DNA of 64,000 nucleotides from Blastocystis sp. Blastoise. Its lineage: Eukaryota; Protista; Bigyra: Opalinata. Each line of letters starts with the position of its first letter. Position 1 is the first letter of the stretch. The DNA is taken from the NCBI GenBank assembly GCA_039096225.1, contig JBBPEB010000015.1, forward strand, positions 1,922,001 through 1,986,000, read 5' to 3'. Below the pieces are notes generated by a model, which worked only from the letters and a program-made list of their open reading frames with translations, was not told the origin of the DNA and searched no databases. Below are positions 28,799 through 52,192 of the stretch, piece by piece. Both the position numbers and the translations under genes were made by a program.

Positions 28799-29525
28799 TT
28801 ATCGGGCCTTTTCTAAGATGATACCATCATACTTCTTTTTGAACCATTCCATGGCTTCATCCTTAGTGACCTTATGGTGGATACCAAGACGACCATGTTG
28901 AGCCTTTCTCTTAGTAACTCTGTTACCAGGACGGCATAATTCAACGTAGAAATCCATACCATAAATACCTGTATTAGGATCATACTTAATACCGAGATCG
29001 ATATGTTCGTTAATACCAAAACCGAAGTTACCAATATTTTAAATATATATAAATATATATTTATTTATTTATTTAAGAAAATTAATTAATAAAGAATATA
29101 TTTTTTTAAAAATTAATAAAATAAATATAAAAATATAAATAATTATATTTAACAATAATATATATATATTCAAAACATACCAGTGCTAGAGAAGTTTCTC
29201 TTGATAAGTTCGTATTCCTTGACCTTAAGACCACGGTCGAGAATTTCAAGAGCCTTTTCACCACGGATGGTGCAAGAGACAGCAATCTTTTCATTACGAC
29301 GAATAGAGAAGGTACGAATGGTGAAACGAGCCTTTCCGTAAACGGGTTTTTGACCAGAAATTTGTTCTAAGACACGAGCAGCCTTAGTGATAGCATCACC
29401 GGATTCACCGACACAAATGTTGAGAACGAGTTTTTCAACTCTGATATCTCTCATCTTGTTAACAGTCTTTTCAGCCAACTCATTAATGACATAGCTATTG
29501 AATAATAATGTTTAAAACATACCAT
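28799..29525 (-). CDS. RPL11: 60S ribosomal protein L11 (uL5), 3 exons
   Basis: [20 protein letters not shown]...[11 protein letters not shown]...NFSSTG|[27 protein letters not shown]...[14 protein letters not shown]-only first coding exon (29523-29525); stop 28799-28801. Confidence 0.97.
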
Positions 29526-29971
29526 ATTTATTATGTGGGAGAGAAAGTAAACCTAAAAAATATATGTAAGAAATTCAATGAAACCAACAACAAAAAATGT
29601 GTGGAGAATGGTTCACGTTGGAATTGAGTGTCCACTTTTTTCATTTTCAATGTATGAGTTTTTTTGTATAATCACGAATTTGACATTTTTTAAGAATAGG
29701 ACGTGATTCTTCATACCGCTTTTTCCCATAATTTTTGTTCTTGCCCAAAAGAAAACATTTTTCCATGGGAATTTATTTTTAGCAAAAAGTGAATAAATCC
29801 CATCATAAAACGCTTTTCATGAATTTTTCTATATTTGTATCCAAATACAAAAAGAATTTCATGGTTAATATATATTTTTAATAAATAACAAAATTTTATA
29901 TATTTACATAGTAATACTAAGTATTATCAACTAAATATCAATTATTATTATTTAAAACATACGGATCTACA

Positions 29972-31056
29972 ATGTTAATCAAAGAATTAAAGGAAAAATT
30001 GAATGAAATGTATAACGATAGACTAACTATGGAAAATAGAATGAATACAATTATCCAATCATTAAATGCACCTTTGCCGAGTGGAGGTATTCCACCTGGT
30101 CTCTCAGGAAATTTAATAGATAAAGATGATTTCCCAAGAGATGACATTGATATATATCATGTACATGAATTTTATGTTGGTTTCTTGCTTTTATTGAATT
30201 TAATTTGATTTTTATTGAGCTTATCTATTCTTTTTATTTCTCTAGATACGTCTATTGAGACATGAATTGAATTGTTTAAAAACGGATTATGTAGAAATTA
30301 ATACTAAATTAGAACAACTTACAAAACAAATTTTTTCTATGCAAAATAATAATGAAACTATTCATCCAATTGCTATGAATGAAACTAAACAAATCATAAA
30401 ATCAAGTATATATATATATTTATTATGTTTATTATGTTTATTATTATTATTATTATGTTTATTATAGTTATTATTATTATTATATTATTATATATATTTA
30501 TTATTATTATTATATTATTATTATATATATTTATTATTATTTTATTATTATCATTATTATATTATTTTATTATTATTAGCACCTGAAATAGTATTAAAAC
30601 CTATTGCATTTATCAAAGAAATAGAACAAGGTATAAAAAAACAAAAAAATTAAAATATATTTATTCTATTTATGTCTATACTAGGTTCATTGAGCTCACA
30701 ATCAGGATTTGAAAAGAATGATTCTATATTACAATTTGGTAATATATCTTATTTAAATATGACATCATTACAAGACATAATCAAAGAATTAAATCTATAT
30801 TTAGGAAAACAAATGAATGTAAGTAGTTTATATATATAATCATATAATACTACATTCGTATACTATTCTATTTATATCCTATATTAAAGGTTATTATTGA
30901 AAGAAGAAATCCAGATTATACATATTCAAAAAAAACACTTGTTATAAATGTACCTGATTTAACACCAATTCATTTAGGGTAGATATCTATATATTATGTA
31001 TTCTATTTTCTATCTAAATTTTTTATATTTATAGTTGTCAAATCGTACCTTTATAA
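29972..31056 (+). CDS. PSMD9: Proteasome assembly chaperone p27/Nas2 (PDZ), 6 exons
   Basis: GLSGNLIDKDDFPRDDIDIYH|IRLLRHELNCLKTDY; PDZ-like GSLSSQSGFEKNDSILQFG; C-terminal LGCQIVPL*. Confidence 0.9.
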
Positions 31057-31797
31057 ATAAATTCAATTCTATCCTAAAAGAATACATATAATTATTTCAT
31101 TTATTTGTGAAAACATAGAATAGTTTATTTATTATTATCATAAATTTTTGAGTTATATCATCTTATTTTTTTACAAGATAAGAAATGAGAAGCAAGAAGA
31201 GTATATATAATTGTTTGAATAATAAGTTGACCTATAATATAATTTCTTAATACAATGGAAAAAACTGTTAATCATGACGAGTTACTTGATTAATATTTAA
31301 TAACAAAAATATTAATATCAATTTATTGTTTTATACATCCACTAATTTTCATTTTCAACAAGATTAAAAAAGTGATCATTAAAAAAAATGAACAATAGAA
31401 AAAAGAAGATAGAATTCTCATATCCAAGAAAAAGCAACTTATATTTTGTTTATAAATAATTCTATATAATTATGAAGATAGAAAGAGATTCTTTACAAAC
31501 GAAGAAATAAGAAATTACAATTAATATAAGAAACAGAATATCTTTTATATCTATTGGATAATTTTCTGATAGATCATTCTTTTTGAGGAAATGATCGGTT
31601 CATGACTTGACTTTATCTATACTATTTTCTCGAGAATGAAAAAAAAATAAAAAGCATAAAAAAATAATGGAACAACCAGTCAGTATATATTCACGGGAAT
31701 CCTAGATTGTATTTTTTTCTACTTTTAACTGATTTTTTCTAATCTAAACCTTGTTGTGTTCTCTTTTCTAAAGTTTTATAGTTTTTTATAAGTTAAA

Positions 31798-32384
31798 ATG
31801 GTATATATTATTGATATGTAGTTTTTAATTATAAAATAGTCTGGAATCCCAAATTCTGATGATTGTATTGATCAATTTGAAACTCTCAAGTTAAGAAAGA
31901 ATTGTCGTTGGATTGTTTACAAGATTGAATCTAAGGATGGAAAAGATTTAATTGTTGTTGATAGTATTGGTGAAAGAGAAAAAACTTGGAATGATTTACC
32001 AAGTGTTCTTCCTGATGGCGAACCTCGTTTTGTTGTTTTTGATTTAGATTGTGAATATAATGGAATGCCTGTTGATAAACTCCTTTTCATTGCTTGGTAT
32101 AGATTAGAATACATATATATATATTTATTTATTAAAAAGATTTATACATTATTTGTTATTCGTATAAACTAAAATAAAAAACAAAATTTCTCCTTATAGA
32201 ATATATATCTATTTTTCTAATTGATTTATCTATACTTAGGGCTCCTGATAATAGTAAAATTAGACAAAGAGTTATGTATTCTTCATGTCAACGCGCTTTT
32301 CATAGTCGACTTTTAGGTAGTCGTTATTTAGAAATCCATAATAAGGATGATCTTGACCTTGCTGTTATTACTAAGAAGGTTTAA
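31798..32384 (+). CDS. ADF/cofilin (missed by ORF track), 3 exons
   Basis: ATG|intron|SGIPNSDDCIDQFETLKLRKNCRWIVYKI...LPDGEPRFVVFD...KLLFIAW|APDNSKIRQRVMYSS...KKV*. Confidence 0.92.
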
Positions 32385-32656
32385 TTTTTCTGTAATTTAA
32401 TAAAACTCTTCATTGTGATTTTCTGGCCATTATATATATATTTGTATATATATTTTTATTTTTGCAAAAATAGAATTAGTTCCAATAGTTCTTATTAGTC
32501 ATAAGATTTACATATTGTTTTGTTTTCAAATTTATTTTTTTATTTTTATTTTTAAATTTTATATTTTATATTTTTTAAATATATTTTATTGTTATAAAGA
32601 AACAGTGACTTATAGTATTAGACATATAGTTATATCTTAAATATAGATAATATTAT

Positions 32657-32740
32657 TTATTCTTCCTTTTTCTCTTCAAAAGGCTTTTGAACTACAAAAA
32701 ATACACAATCATAAGTTGTTCCCATCATAGATAATCTATA

Positions 32741-32803
<63 letters not shown>

Positions 32804-33560
32804 AGAATATATACAGATTATGTGTATAAGCAACAGCTTTTCGTTCTTGTTCAATCATAATAAACCCAATTTTCTTCATAACCATTTGTAGTTCTTCATA
32901 AGATAATTCAATACTTATTTCATAACGAGGATCATCTTGATCAGGAGGAATAGGCTCAGAAGTCTATATATAGATATATATATATATTAAAAAATCTTTG
33001 TAAATATGTAATATATATTGAATACATATTTTTTTTTAAATAAACTAATATATATTATTATATATATTGAATTATAAATAGAATAAATAAACTTTGTAAA
33101 TAGATATGATATATATAATATTATATATATATATATAGTATATAATATATACCTGCCAATGATAAAGAAGAGGTCCATAATTAATCCAATAAGCACCTGG
33201 TTTTAAGGCATGATATATAACTTCTAAATAACTATTTATATATAAATAATATGATCAATACATATCAGATATATATATAGAATTATATATATTAAATAAA
33301 AAATAAATAGATATTAAATAAATAATAAATAATCTATAATAAATATACTTAATAACATTAGGTGCAGTATCAATGAAGAAACAAGTAATAATGGAATCCC
33401 ATTCATTAAAACTCTTCGCGTAGCATTCTTCGAAATCACCAGCACACATACTAAAGTCAACACCTATATATATATATAGGATATATTCTTTATTAATATA
33501 TATATATATATATAGGATATATTCTTTATTAATATATATATATATAGGTTATATTCTTTA

Positions 33561-33612
<52 letters not shown>

Positions 33613-35019
33613 CTTTAAGTACATTTACAGGACATACATCAGGAATAGTAATAGGTCTATACATATCATAAGTATTAACTACATTATTTGGTGAATTAAT
33701 CCAAGGATATATAGTTATAGAGTTTTCTTCAGTAATACTGTTTAATACATAATTACTTCCTAATAACATAAAATAACTAAATTCATTTCCCTATATATAT
33801 AGTTATATATAGTTATATATATAGTTATATATATAGTTATATATAGGTATATATATGGTATAAATGGTATATATAGTTATATATAGTTATATATAGTTCT
33901 AAATACTTGACCTCCGTATCCTCTCTTAATTACTTCAAATAATAATCGCGATAATCCACTTCCAGGTATTAAAACACGTTTTGATTCTCCTTCATGAATA
34001 GGAACATATTTCTCCAATTTCTCCAAAATAGGTGTATATGTCAGATTACGCTCAATTTCACCCTATATATAATATAATAATAATAATTATTATCAATAGA
34101 ATTATAAATATATATATATAATCAATGGAAATATAATGATAATTAAAATGATATCTATAATCAATAAAATCATATTCATAATATAATCATATAATTATAA
34201 TTATATAATATACTTCAGCACTCCAATCTCTTACAAATTGATGAATTGTACTTTCAACTTTACTCATCTGATCATAAGTACTATACATAGAATAAATAAT
34301 ATATCAATGATAGTAAAAAGATAAAATTATATCATAAAACTATATAATAAAATTATATAATAAAGCCATTTAATAACATAAATAATAAAACTATATAATA
34401 AAACAAAATAACATATATATATACCTTAAATAATTTCTTCTAGAAGTAGGAAATCCAAACATTTCTGTATAATAATTTCGATTCATAGCAATTTTTCTAT
34501 AACAATCAATATAAGTATATACAATAAAAGTATAATAATATTACTTATAAAAAATATATATAAATACGCTAAGAAACGAGAATTAGTGAGAATACAGTCT
34601 TTAAATAATTCAAGTTGATGAACAAAATATTGATCTTCAAACATTTCTTGTTGATGTTTGGGTAAACGACCACGAGCATTAGAACGTCTTCTCCATTCAA
34701 GTAACATATATTGAGAGTAATCTAATAAACCATATTGTATATCACGGAAATGATTTAATTCTTGAACTTCTTTTGATAAATGATGATTACATTCACACTC
34801 ACAATGTTCTTCCTCTTCTGGATTAACTTCAGTAACATGTTCATTACAATCACTTCCTTCTTTATGTTGGCATTTAGTATTGCAATCACACCCATCATCT
34901 ACACACTTTCTCTGTTTATTTTCTTGGCAATTCTTTTCACACTCACAAGAGGATGAAGAACAAGTACACTCTTTTTGAGGATTTCTTTTACACATCTTCT
35001 TCTTATTAGGTTTAGCCAT
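32657..35019 (-). CDS. CARNMT1: Carnosine N-methyltransferase (N2227 family) with Cys/His-rich N-terminus, 9 exons
   Basis: [19 protein letters not shown]; [11 protein letters not shown]; QGNEFSYFM; MCAGDF; [13 protein letters not shown]; [11 protein letters not shown]; SIELSYEE; SMM...YDC.FFV. Confidence 0.93.
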
Positions 35020-35214
35020 TCTCTCAAATTATCAAATTAAGTTTAATAAATATATATAATTAAAGAACGCTATATATACACAAAAAACTAGTTTTTCTTT
35101 AAAAAAATTCTCTTTTCTTTTATTTTAACTGAAACACACTGATAATGGCTGATATTTTTTTTCTATATATTTTGTTTGTCACTTTTTTATCTTATTAGAA
35201 TTTTTATCGTTTCA

Positions 35215-36194
35215 ATGAGTGTACTAATCGAGACTACATTAGGAAACCTTGAAATCTATTTATATACAGAAGATTGTCCACGTACATGTTTGAACTTTTT
35301 GAAATTATGTAAGACCAAGTATTACAATAACTGTCTTTTCTTTAATGTGCAGAAGAATTTCATTGCACAAACAGGTGATCCAACTGGTATTTTTTCTATA
35401 ATTCTTATTGTTGTCCTAATTGTATAGGTACTGGTAAAGGAGGATCTTCTATTTTTGGAAAGCTGTAATTTTTAATATATAATATATGGTTAATATAGAA
35501 TAGATATGGATCAGAAGCTCGTTTTTTCAACGATGAAATTGTTCCAACAATAAAACATGATAAAGTATTTTTAGTATCCTATAAATCTATAAATATGTTT
35601 TAATTTTTTAGAAAGGAATACTAGCAATGTCTAATCCTGCACCAAATAAGAATGGAAGTCAATTTTATATCACTTTAAGAGATAAAATTGATTTTTTAGA
35701 TAAACATCATACTATTTTTGGATATGTTACTGAAGGAATGGATATTGTAGATAAAATTAATCAGTCCTTTGTTGATGGTGAATATCGTCCTTATGTCGAT
35801 ATACGTATATTACATACTCATATTATTTATGATCCCTATGATGATCCTACAGGTTTAGAAGTACCAGATAGTTCACCCACTGGAGATAGACCTAAAGAAG
35901 AAACAGTTCATCGTGGATTAAAAGAGGAAGATTTGGCTGATAAATATGCAGGAATGACAGCAGAACAAATCGATGATATAAAACGAAAAGAAGATATTAA
36001 CTCACATGCTTTGGCGTTAGAAATCTTGGGGGATCTTCCTGATAAAGATATAGAACCACCAAAGAATGTTATTTTTGTGGCTAAACTGAATCCTTGTACG
36101 GAGGACGAAGATTTAAAACTGATTTTCTTTAGATATGGAGTCAAAAGCTGTGAAGTATATATATAATAATAATAATAAATATAATAATAAATAT

Positions 36195-36230
<36 letters not shown>

Positions 36231-36926
36231 ATTATTAATATTTTTATTTGTTACATATAATACTTATTATTATTATTCTATAGATTATTCGTGATAAAAA
36301 GACAGGAGATAGTTTATGTTATGGGTTTATAGAGATGGAAACAGAAGAAGGAGCTGAAAATGCAGTTTTAAAAATGAATAACATTCTAATTGATGATAGA
36401 AGAATATTTGTATCTATATTATATATATTAGATATATTACTATACTTCTAATACTCTTATTATTATTATTATATATAAAGGTAGATTTCTCTCAATCTGT
36501 ATCTAAGTTGTGGGGTAATTATAAACGAGGTGGACAAATGACAAAGAATTATAAGAAAGACTCGGGTATTATTATTATTATTATATATATATTCATTCAT
36601 TATATATATATATATAGATTATCAAGATTCGTCAAAATCTCACTCAACTTCTGTATATATATATATATAATTATTCTTTATATACATATTATTTTATATA
36701 GAAACCTTATACCTCATCTTCTTCTAATAATAATAGTAATAATAATAATAGCAATAGACATAATCACAATAGTCATTCACGACATAATGATCATTATCAT
36801 CATCGTTCACGAAGCGATTCCCGTGGTTATTCTCGTGATTCTTCAAGAGACCGATCTCGTCATTCTCGACGCAGTGATCGTCATCGCTCACGAAGTAACT
36901 CCAGACATCACTCCAGAAGATACTAA
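35215..36926 (+). CDS. PPIL4: Cyclophilin-RRM protein PPIL4/CYP59 with RS-rich tail, 8 exons
   Basis: [10 protein letters not shown]...[30 protein letters not shown]; [20 protein letters not shown]; [15 protein letters not shown]; [17 protein letters not shown]; RS/RH-rich C-terminus. Confidence 0.95.
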
Positions 36927-37616
36927 TCTCTTTTTCTATATATATATGACCAATTATAAATGATAAGAACCTTTATCATTATGATTATAAGTGTATATAT
37001 TTTTGTTTTTTTTTGTTTACTTTTCTAAGATTTTATTAAAAGTAGCATTTCGTTATTCATATATATAATACTATCTTTGATGTTTAACTAGGAATAATAC
37101 TCTTTTTCATGTATATTCTTATGCAGTTCTTGAAAATAGTAATTTCATATATAAATAATAATGAGTACATCATTTCTAATGAAACAAAACAAATAAAACA
37201 ATACACATTTTATTTACTAATGCCTATAAAAGAAAACTGCACAGTAATTTTTGTTAAAAGAATAAAAAGAATTTTTAGAAGTAGAAAAAGATTATATAAA
37301 AACCAAATTAATATTAGTATATTTAAAAAATGAAAAAGAAGAAAATGGAGAAAAATAATGATTAATTTTTAAATAATAAAATAAAAAATATATATAATTT
37401 TAAAAAAAACATATATTCATTAATAAAGATAGAGAGAAAAATAAAAAATATATATATAACAATAATCAAAACATAATAATATTGTATTTATTTTGAATAT
37501 TCAAATATAAATATATTATTTTATAATAAAGGATAATGGATATATATATAAAATCTATACATAAAAGTATTAAAAGAAAGAACTAACACATATAGTAATA
37601 ACATTTTATATAATAA

Positions 37617-43554
<5,938 letters not shown>

Positions 43555-44174
43555 GATTTTATTTCTTGTCTTTCTCTAATCTTAATTATTGTTATCAATT
43601 ATTTTATGAAGGCTCTGAAGAAATATATCAAAAAAGAAAATAAATCAATTTTTCAAAAAAAATATAGAAAATTCCGATGATTATTTATGATAAATCTTGT
43701 CACATTTTCATTTTTTTTAATATTTAAAAATTTTAAGATAAAGTGTATATGGAATACTTGAAAGCCAATTTTAGACATTGCAAGGTTATCTCATGTGTTT
43801 ATAAGCCGTATTTATAAATGGGAATCATAGGAAGCTAAATGAGTGATATATTTTCGAACTGTGACTTTGAGTTGAATCATTAAATAGAATTGTGTTTGTA
43901 TTCTATGAGTGATTTCTTATTGATAAATTTGACTCATTTGATTATTCTGAGTTAATTTCTAGGAGAATAATGAATAATTCTATAATTTTTATTACACCAT
44001 CTTTTATTTGAAACAAAATGATTTAAATATAGTTGCAATGACTCTGAGATATAGGATAAACAAACTATAACAGAATTCAATTCATATAAATAGTCCAATA
44101 TACTTTGTAAAAAGAGTATAATTGACTCAATATATAGAAATCAAAAGAAAAATAATTCATTAAAAAAACATTCT

Positions 44175-44378
44175 TTAAAAGAGAAGTTCAGGGAATTTTT
44201 CAGAGATATGAATAAGAAGATCACCAAAGAGAGAATTAGCCCAAGCAAACCAAGGTCTAGTATAACTATTAACATTATCTAACCAGAATGTTTCATGCAT
44301 ATAACCAGTAGTAGCACTATTTTGTAACCATTCTAAACATTGCTTAACTTCATCTCTATCCTATATTTATTATTATTA

Positions 44379-44440
<62 letters not shown>

Positions 44441-44554
44441 GTTTATTATTATTATATAGATATATATACTTCAGAAGTATAAGCTCTCATAATAATACTC
44501 ATTGGCCAAATCCAACCAATTCCTTGATGAGGACCACCAGTACCTTCACCAGCA

Positions 44555-44618
<64 letters not shown>

Positions 44619-44949
44619 ATTATATATAATTATATAAAGAATATTATATATATAAGATAACATTTTTTAAATGAATAATAAACATATATATAGAAAAATA
44701 ATAATAATCAATAATCAATAATCAATAATCAATATATATATATATATATATATATACCTTCCAATAATAAGGATTACGTTCACTTAAGATGAACTTACGT
44801 GTTTGAAGATAAAGAGGATCCGTATTAGAACAAACACCTAAATGGAATATATATAAGTATAATTATATAAACATACAAGTCAGAAAAATATTGATATATA
44901 TACATAATAAACTCATTTAATAATAATAATAAAATAATAATAAGTTTAC

Positions 44950-45040
<91 letters not shown>

Positions 45041-47019
45041 CATAATAATATATACCAAGATAAGGTAAGGATAGAAGAGATGGAATATTAGCATCATCCA
45101 TAAAGTAATTATTACCATATCCATCACATTCAAAGGTATAACTAGTTTCACCTTCTTTCTCTATAATACCATACTTCTTAACACCTTCTTCAATATCATT
45201 GGCTAATTGACTAGCTTCATCAGCTAAATTATCATTCTATATATATATATATATATATAAAATAGAATATATAATAAATATAATAGAATAGATAATAAAT
45301 ATAATAGAATATATATACACCACGAATGGATCTAAGCATAGCAGCAGCACGTCTTAAATTAACTATATATATAATAAGAATAGTACACATAATAAATAAC
45401 TATACAATGAAACTAAATAATATATATAATAAAATATCAATAAAACAACATATTAATATATATATATATATATTTATATATACCAACAAGCATAAGGTTA
45501 CCAGGGATATTAAAAGGAAGGAAAGCAGCATCATCAGAAGGACGGAAAGCAGTACGTACCTATATATAAGGTTATATATATATATATAGTCTTTATCACT
45601 TTTATATCAAAACATCAATTATAAATATAATACTATTAATCATATCAAAATTGTATTTCTTATATTGAAATAATTAAAAATATCTTCAAAGCATAAAAAG
45701 TATATATATATATATATACCATGTTAGTATGAGCAGCAGGCCATCCTTGTTCATCCTTAAGACATTCCGTAGGAGTAGTAGTTTTACGACTGAAACGATA
45801 CTCTATATATATATAGATATAGATAGATATAGATAGATATATATAGATATATATAGATATATATAGATATATATAGATATATATAGATATATATAGATAT
45901 ATATAGATATATATAGATATATATAGATATATATAGATATATATAGATATATATAGATATGTATAGATATATATAGATATATATAGATATATATAGATAT
46001 ATATAGATATATATAGATATATATAGATATATATAGATATATATAGATATATATAGATATATTATATATATAGATATATAGAGATATATACCAGCACCAT
46101 AGCCAGGTCTAGTATGCCATTGGTTCTCCTTAGCTATATATAATATAATATAATATAATATAATATAATATTATATAATATAATATAATATAATATATAT
46201 AATATAATATATAATATTTACATAATAAATCAAAAAAGAATTAATAAATAAAAATATAGAATCCATATATATATATATATATATACCAGTATGAATAATA
46301 AGTTTGACAGCTTTTTCCCATCGTTCATCGAAAGGTGTTTTATCGAGGGTAGCGTTATAGTAATTATAACTTAATAAGAGAACAGCAGCTAAAGAATCAA
46401 TTTCATATTTACGTTCAAAGATCTCTGGAGTTAAAGCATTAATACGAACACCCTATATATATATAATATAATATATTAATTTATATATTAATTATAATAA
46501 TTTACCATATATATATTAACAATATATAATAAAATATAAGAATAATATAAATACCATAATACCAGTTCTAGAAGAACTATCATCATGATGAGATTCAACA
46601 TTACCAAATTTATCATAATTAAAGGCATTAGCATAAGGATCCAATAAAATAGATTTTACTTGACGATTTATAACACCACGGATCATACTAGCTAACTTAG
46701 GATCTTCATTAGCAAAACGGATATAAGGAGAAATTTGATTAGTACTATCTCTTAACCACATAGCAGTGATATCACCAGTAACAAGGAATGTATCTTCGTC
46801 AGAAGTAGATTCACCAGTAGTGTAAGAGAAAATAGTTGTGTCGAGAGTATTAGGATAACAATTTTCAAAGATTTCAGCTAATCTCTTATTAGACAACTTA
46901 TTCTTAAATTCTTCAATGAATTTATCAACAACAGGAGAAACAAATTTTCTCTCATCAGAATTAGGACGTGCTAGACATATAGCAAATAAAGCAACGAAAA
47001 CAAAGACAAAAGCTTTCAT
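44175..47019 (-). CDS. Secreted glycoside hydrolase family 125 (exo-alpha-1,6-mannosidase-like), 10 exons
   Basis: Signal peptide; [12 protein letters not shown]; [12 protein letters not shown]; DPYANAF; ERKYEIDSL; FRPSDD; [17 protein letters not shown]; GGPH...WPMS; MHETF...[13 protein letters not shown]. Confidence 0.95.
45805..46080 (+). repeat. (ATATAGATAT)n decamer tandem array filling a GH125 intron
   Basis: About 25 near-perfect 10-mer copies. Confidence 0.95.
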
Positions 47020-47831
47020 TTTGTTACACAAAAAACAACAAATAAATATGATTTATTTCACTTGGAAAAAAGAAACACCAAAGAAGAACAATGTTAATCT
47101 CATTTTTTATGGAGATACCGAGATGAAAATGAGATCTCGAAATAACCAATCCTCTTATGTGTTTTCTTTATATACGGATTCTTCTTCTATGTATTATTAT
47201 TTGCATATAGAATCTCAATCTTAACATTCGTCATCTACTCTTATATAAGAAGGTTTATTATCGACAAATCAAAAACAAAATATCGATGCATTGTTTTTAT
47301 AATAATACTCTTTTGATTAAATAAATGTTTGTTTTGAAAAGTCCATAGAATAGGATTCTTTTTTATTTATAAAAATTACTTTCAACACGACAATCTTGGA
47401 TTCACAACGAAATGAATCATATAAAATCAATATATTATCATTAAATAGTGTTTAACTTATTTATTTGGAATATATCAATGTATTTCCAATTGCATTTAAT
47501 GAAATTATGTTGCTTCCTAATAATAAGAAATATCTATATCGCGTATTAGACAATCAAGAGAATATTTTGTATGTATTGTAATAAATGTTGATAAAGAATA
47601 ACAAGAAATAGGATCACTTAAAATGAATTAAAATCAATAATAATGTAAATATACGTTGTTTTAATATATGTATGTTGTTATTCATTATTGCTACGATTAA
47701 TACAATCACTTCGTATTCATTTTAAACACCATAATAGAATAAACAGCAACAAAATATAAAACCCGCGTAATCAATTGTAAATCATTTATATTTTATAATT
47801 TTATTTTTACATTATTTTGACAAATCTAAAA

Positions 47832-51719
<3,888 letters not shown>

Positions 51720-52192
51720 TAATGTTATAAAATATTTTATAAACTGTTTTTGTTTGAACCAAATAAAAATATTTATAATTTTTTAAATATAAAGTACTCA
51801 ATTTAGACTAAAAAGAAACCTGAAAGCTATACGGATTTTCAGTTGCTATTTCAAATATAAACACTGATAAATAATAACAAAAAAAGTAATTCATTTTTCA
51901 AATTATATTCTTTCAATTGAAAAATTATGTATTCTCATTTTTAATCGATCAAAGAAGACATTTAATCATGTTTAATCATATGATTCCTTAATATAAATAA
52001 AGATAATTAAGTTAGACCATCTGAATAAAAGAGTCGAAATACATTTCTGCTTTTGAATCATGATTAATTAGTGGAAACTGGAGAGAAATCAATTTTAATC
52101 CAGAAAATCGTCCAATCAATACATATATGTGTTTCAATGATTGATGGGTTGTATTAGAATTTATCACAATTATTTTGTTTGTCAGTTCAAGA

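Noticed and set aside
33464-33608. ATATCCT copies in a CARNMT1 intron as U12 donors
   Set aside because: They lie within an internal tandem repeat, and a GT-AG junction already restores the frame ([15 protein letters not shown]).
36409-36480. GTATCT donor in PPIL4 as a GT-AG U12 intron
   Set aside because: It continues ATAT rather than CTT/TT, and there is no convincing U12 branch site near the acceptor.
45805-46080. Tandem arrays as CRISPR or telomere repeats
   Set aside because: No unique spacers; they are simple AT-rich minisatellites inside introns.
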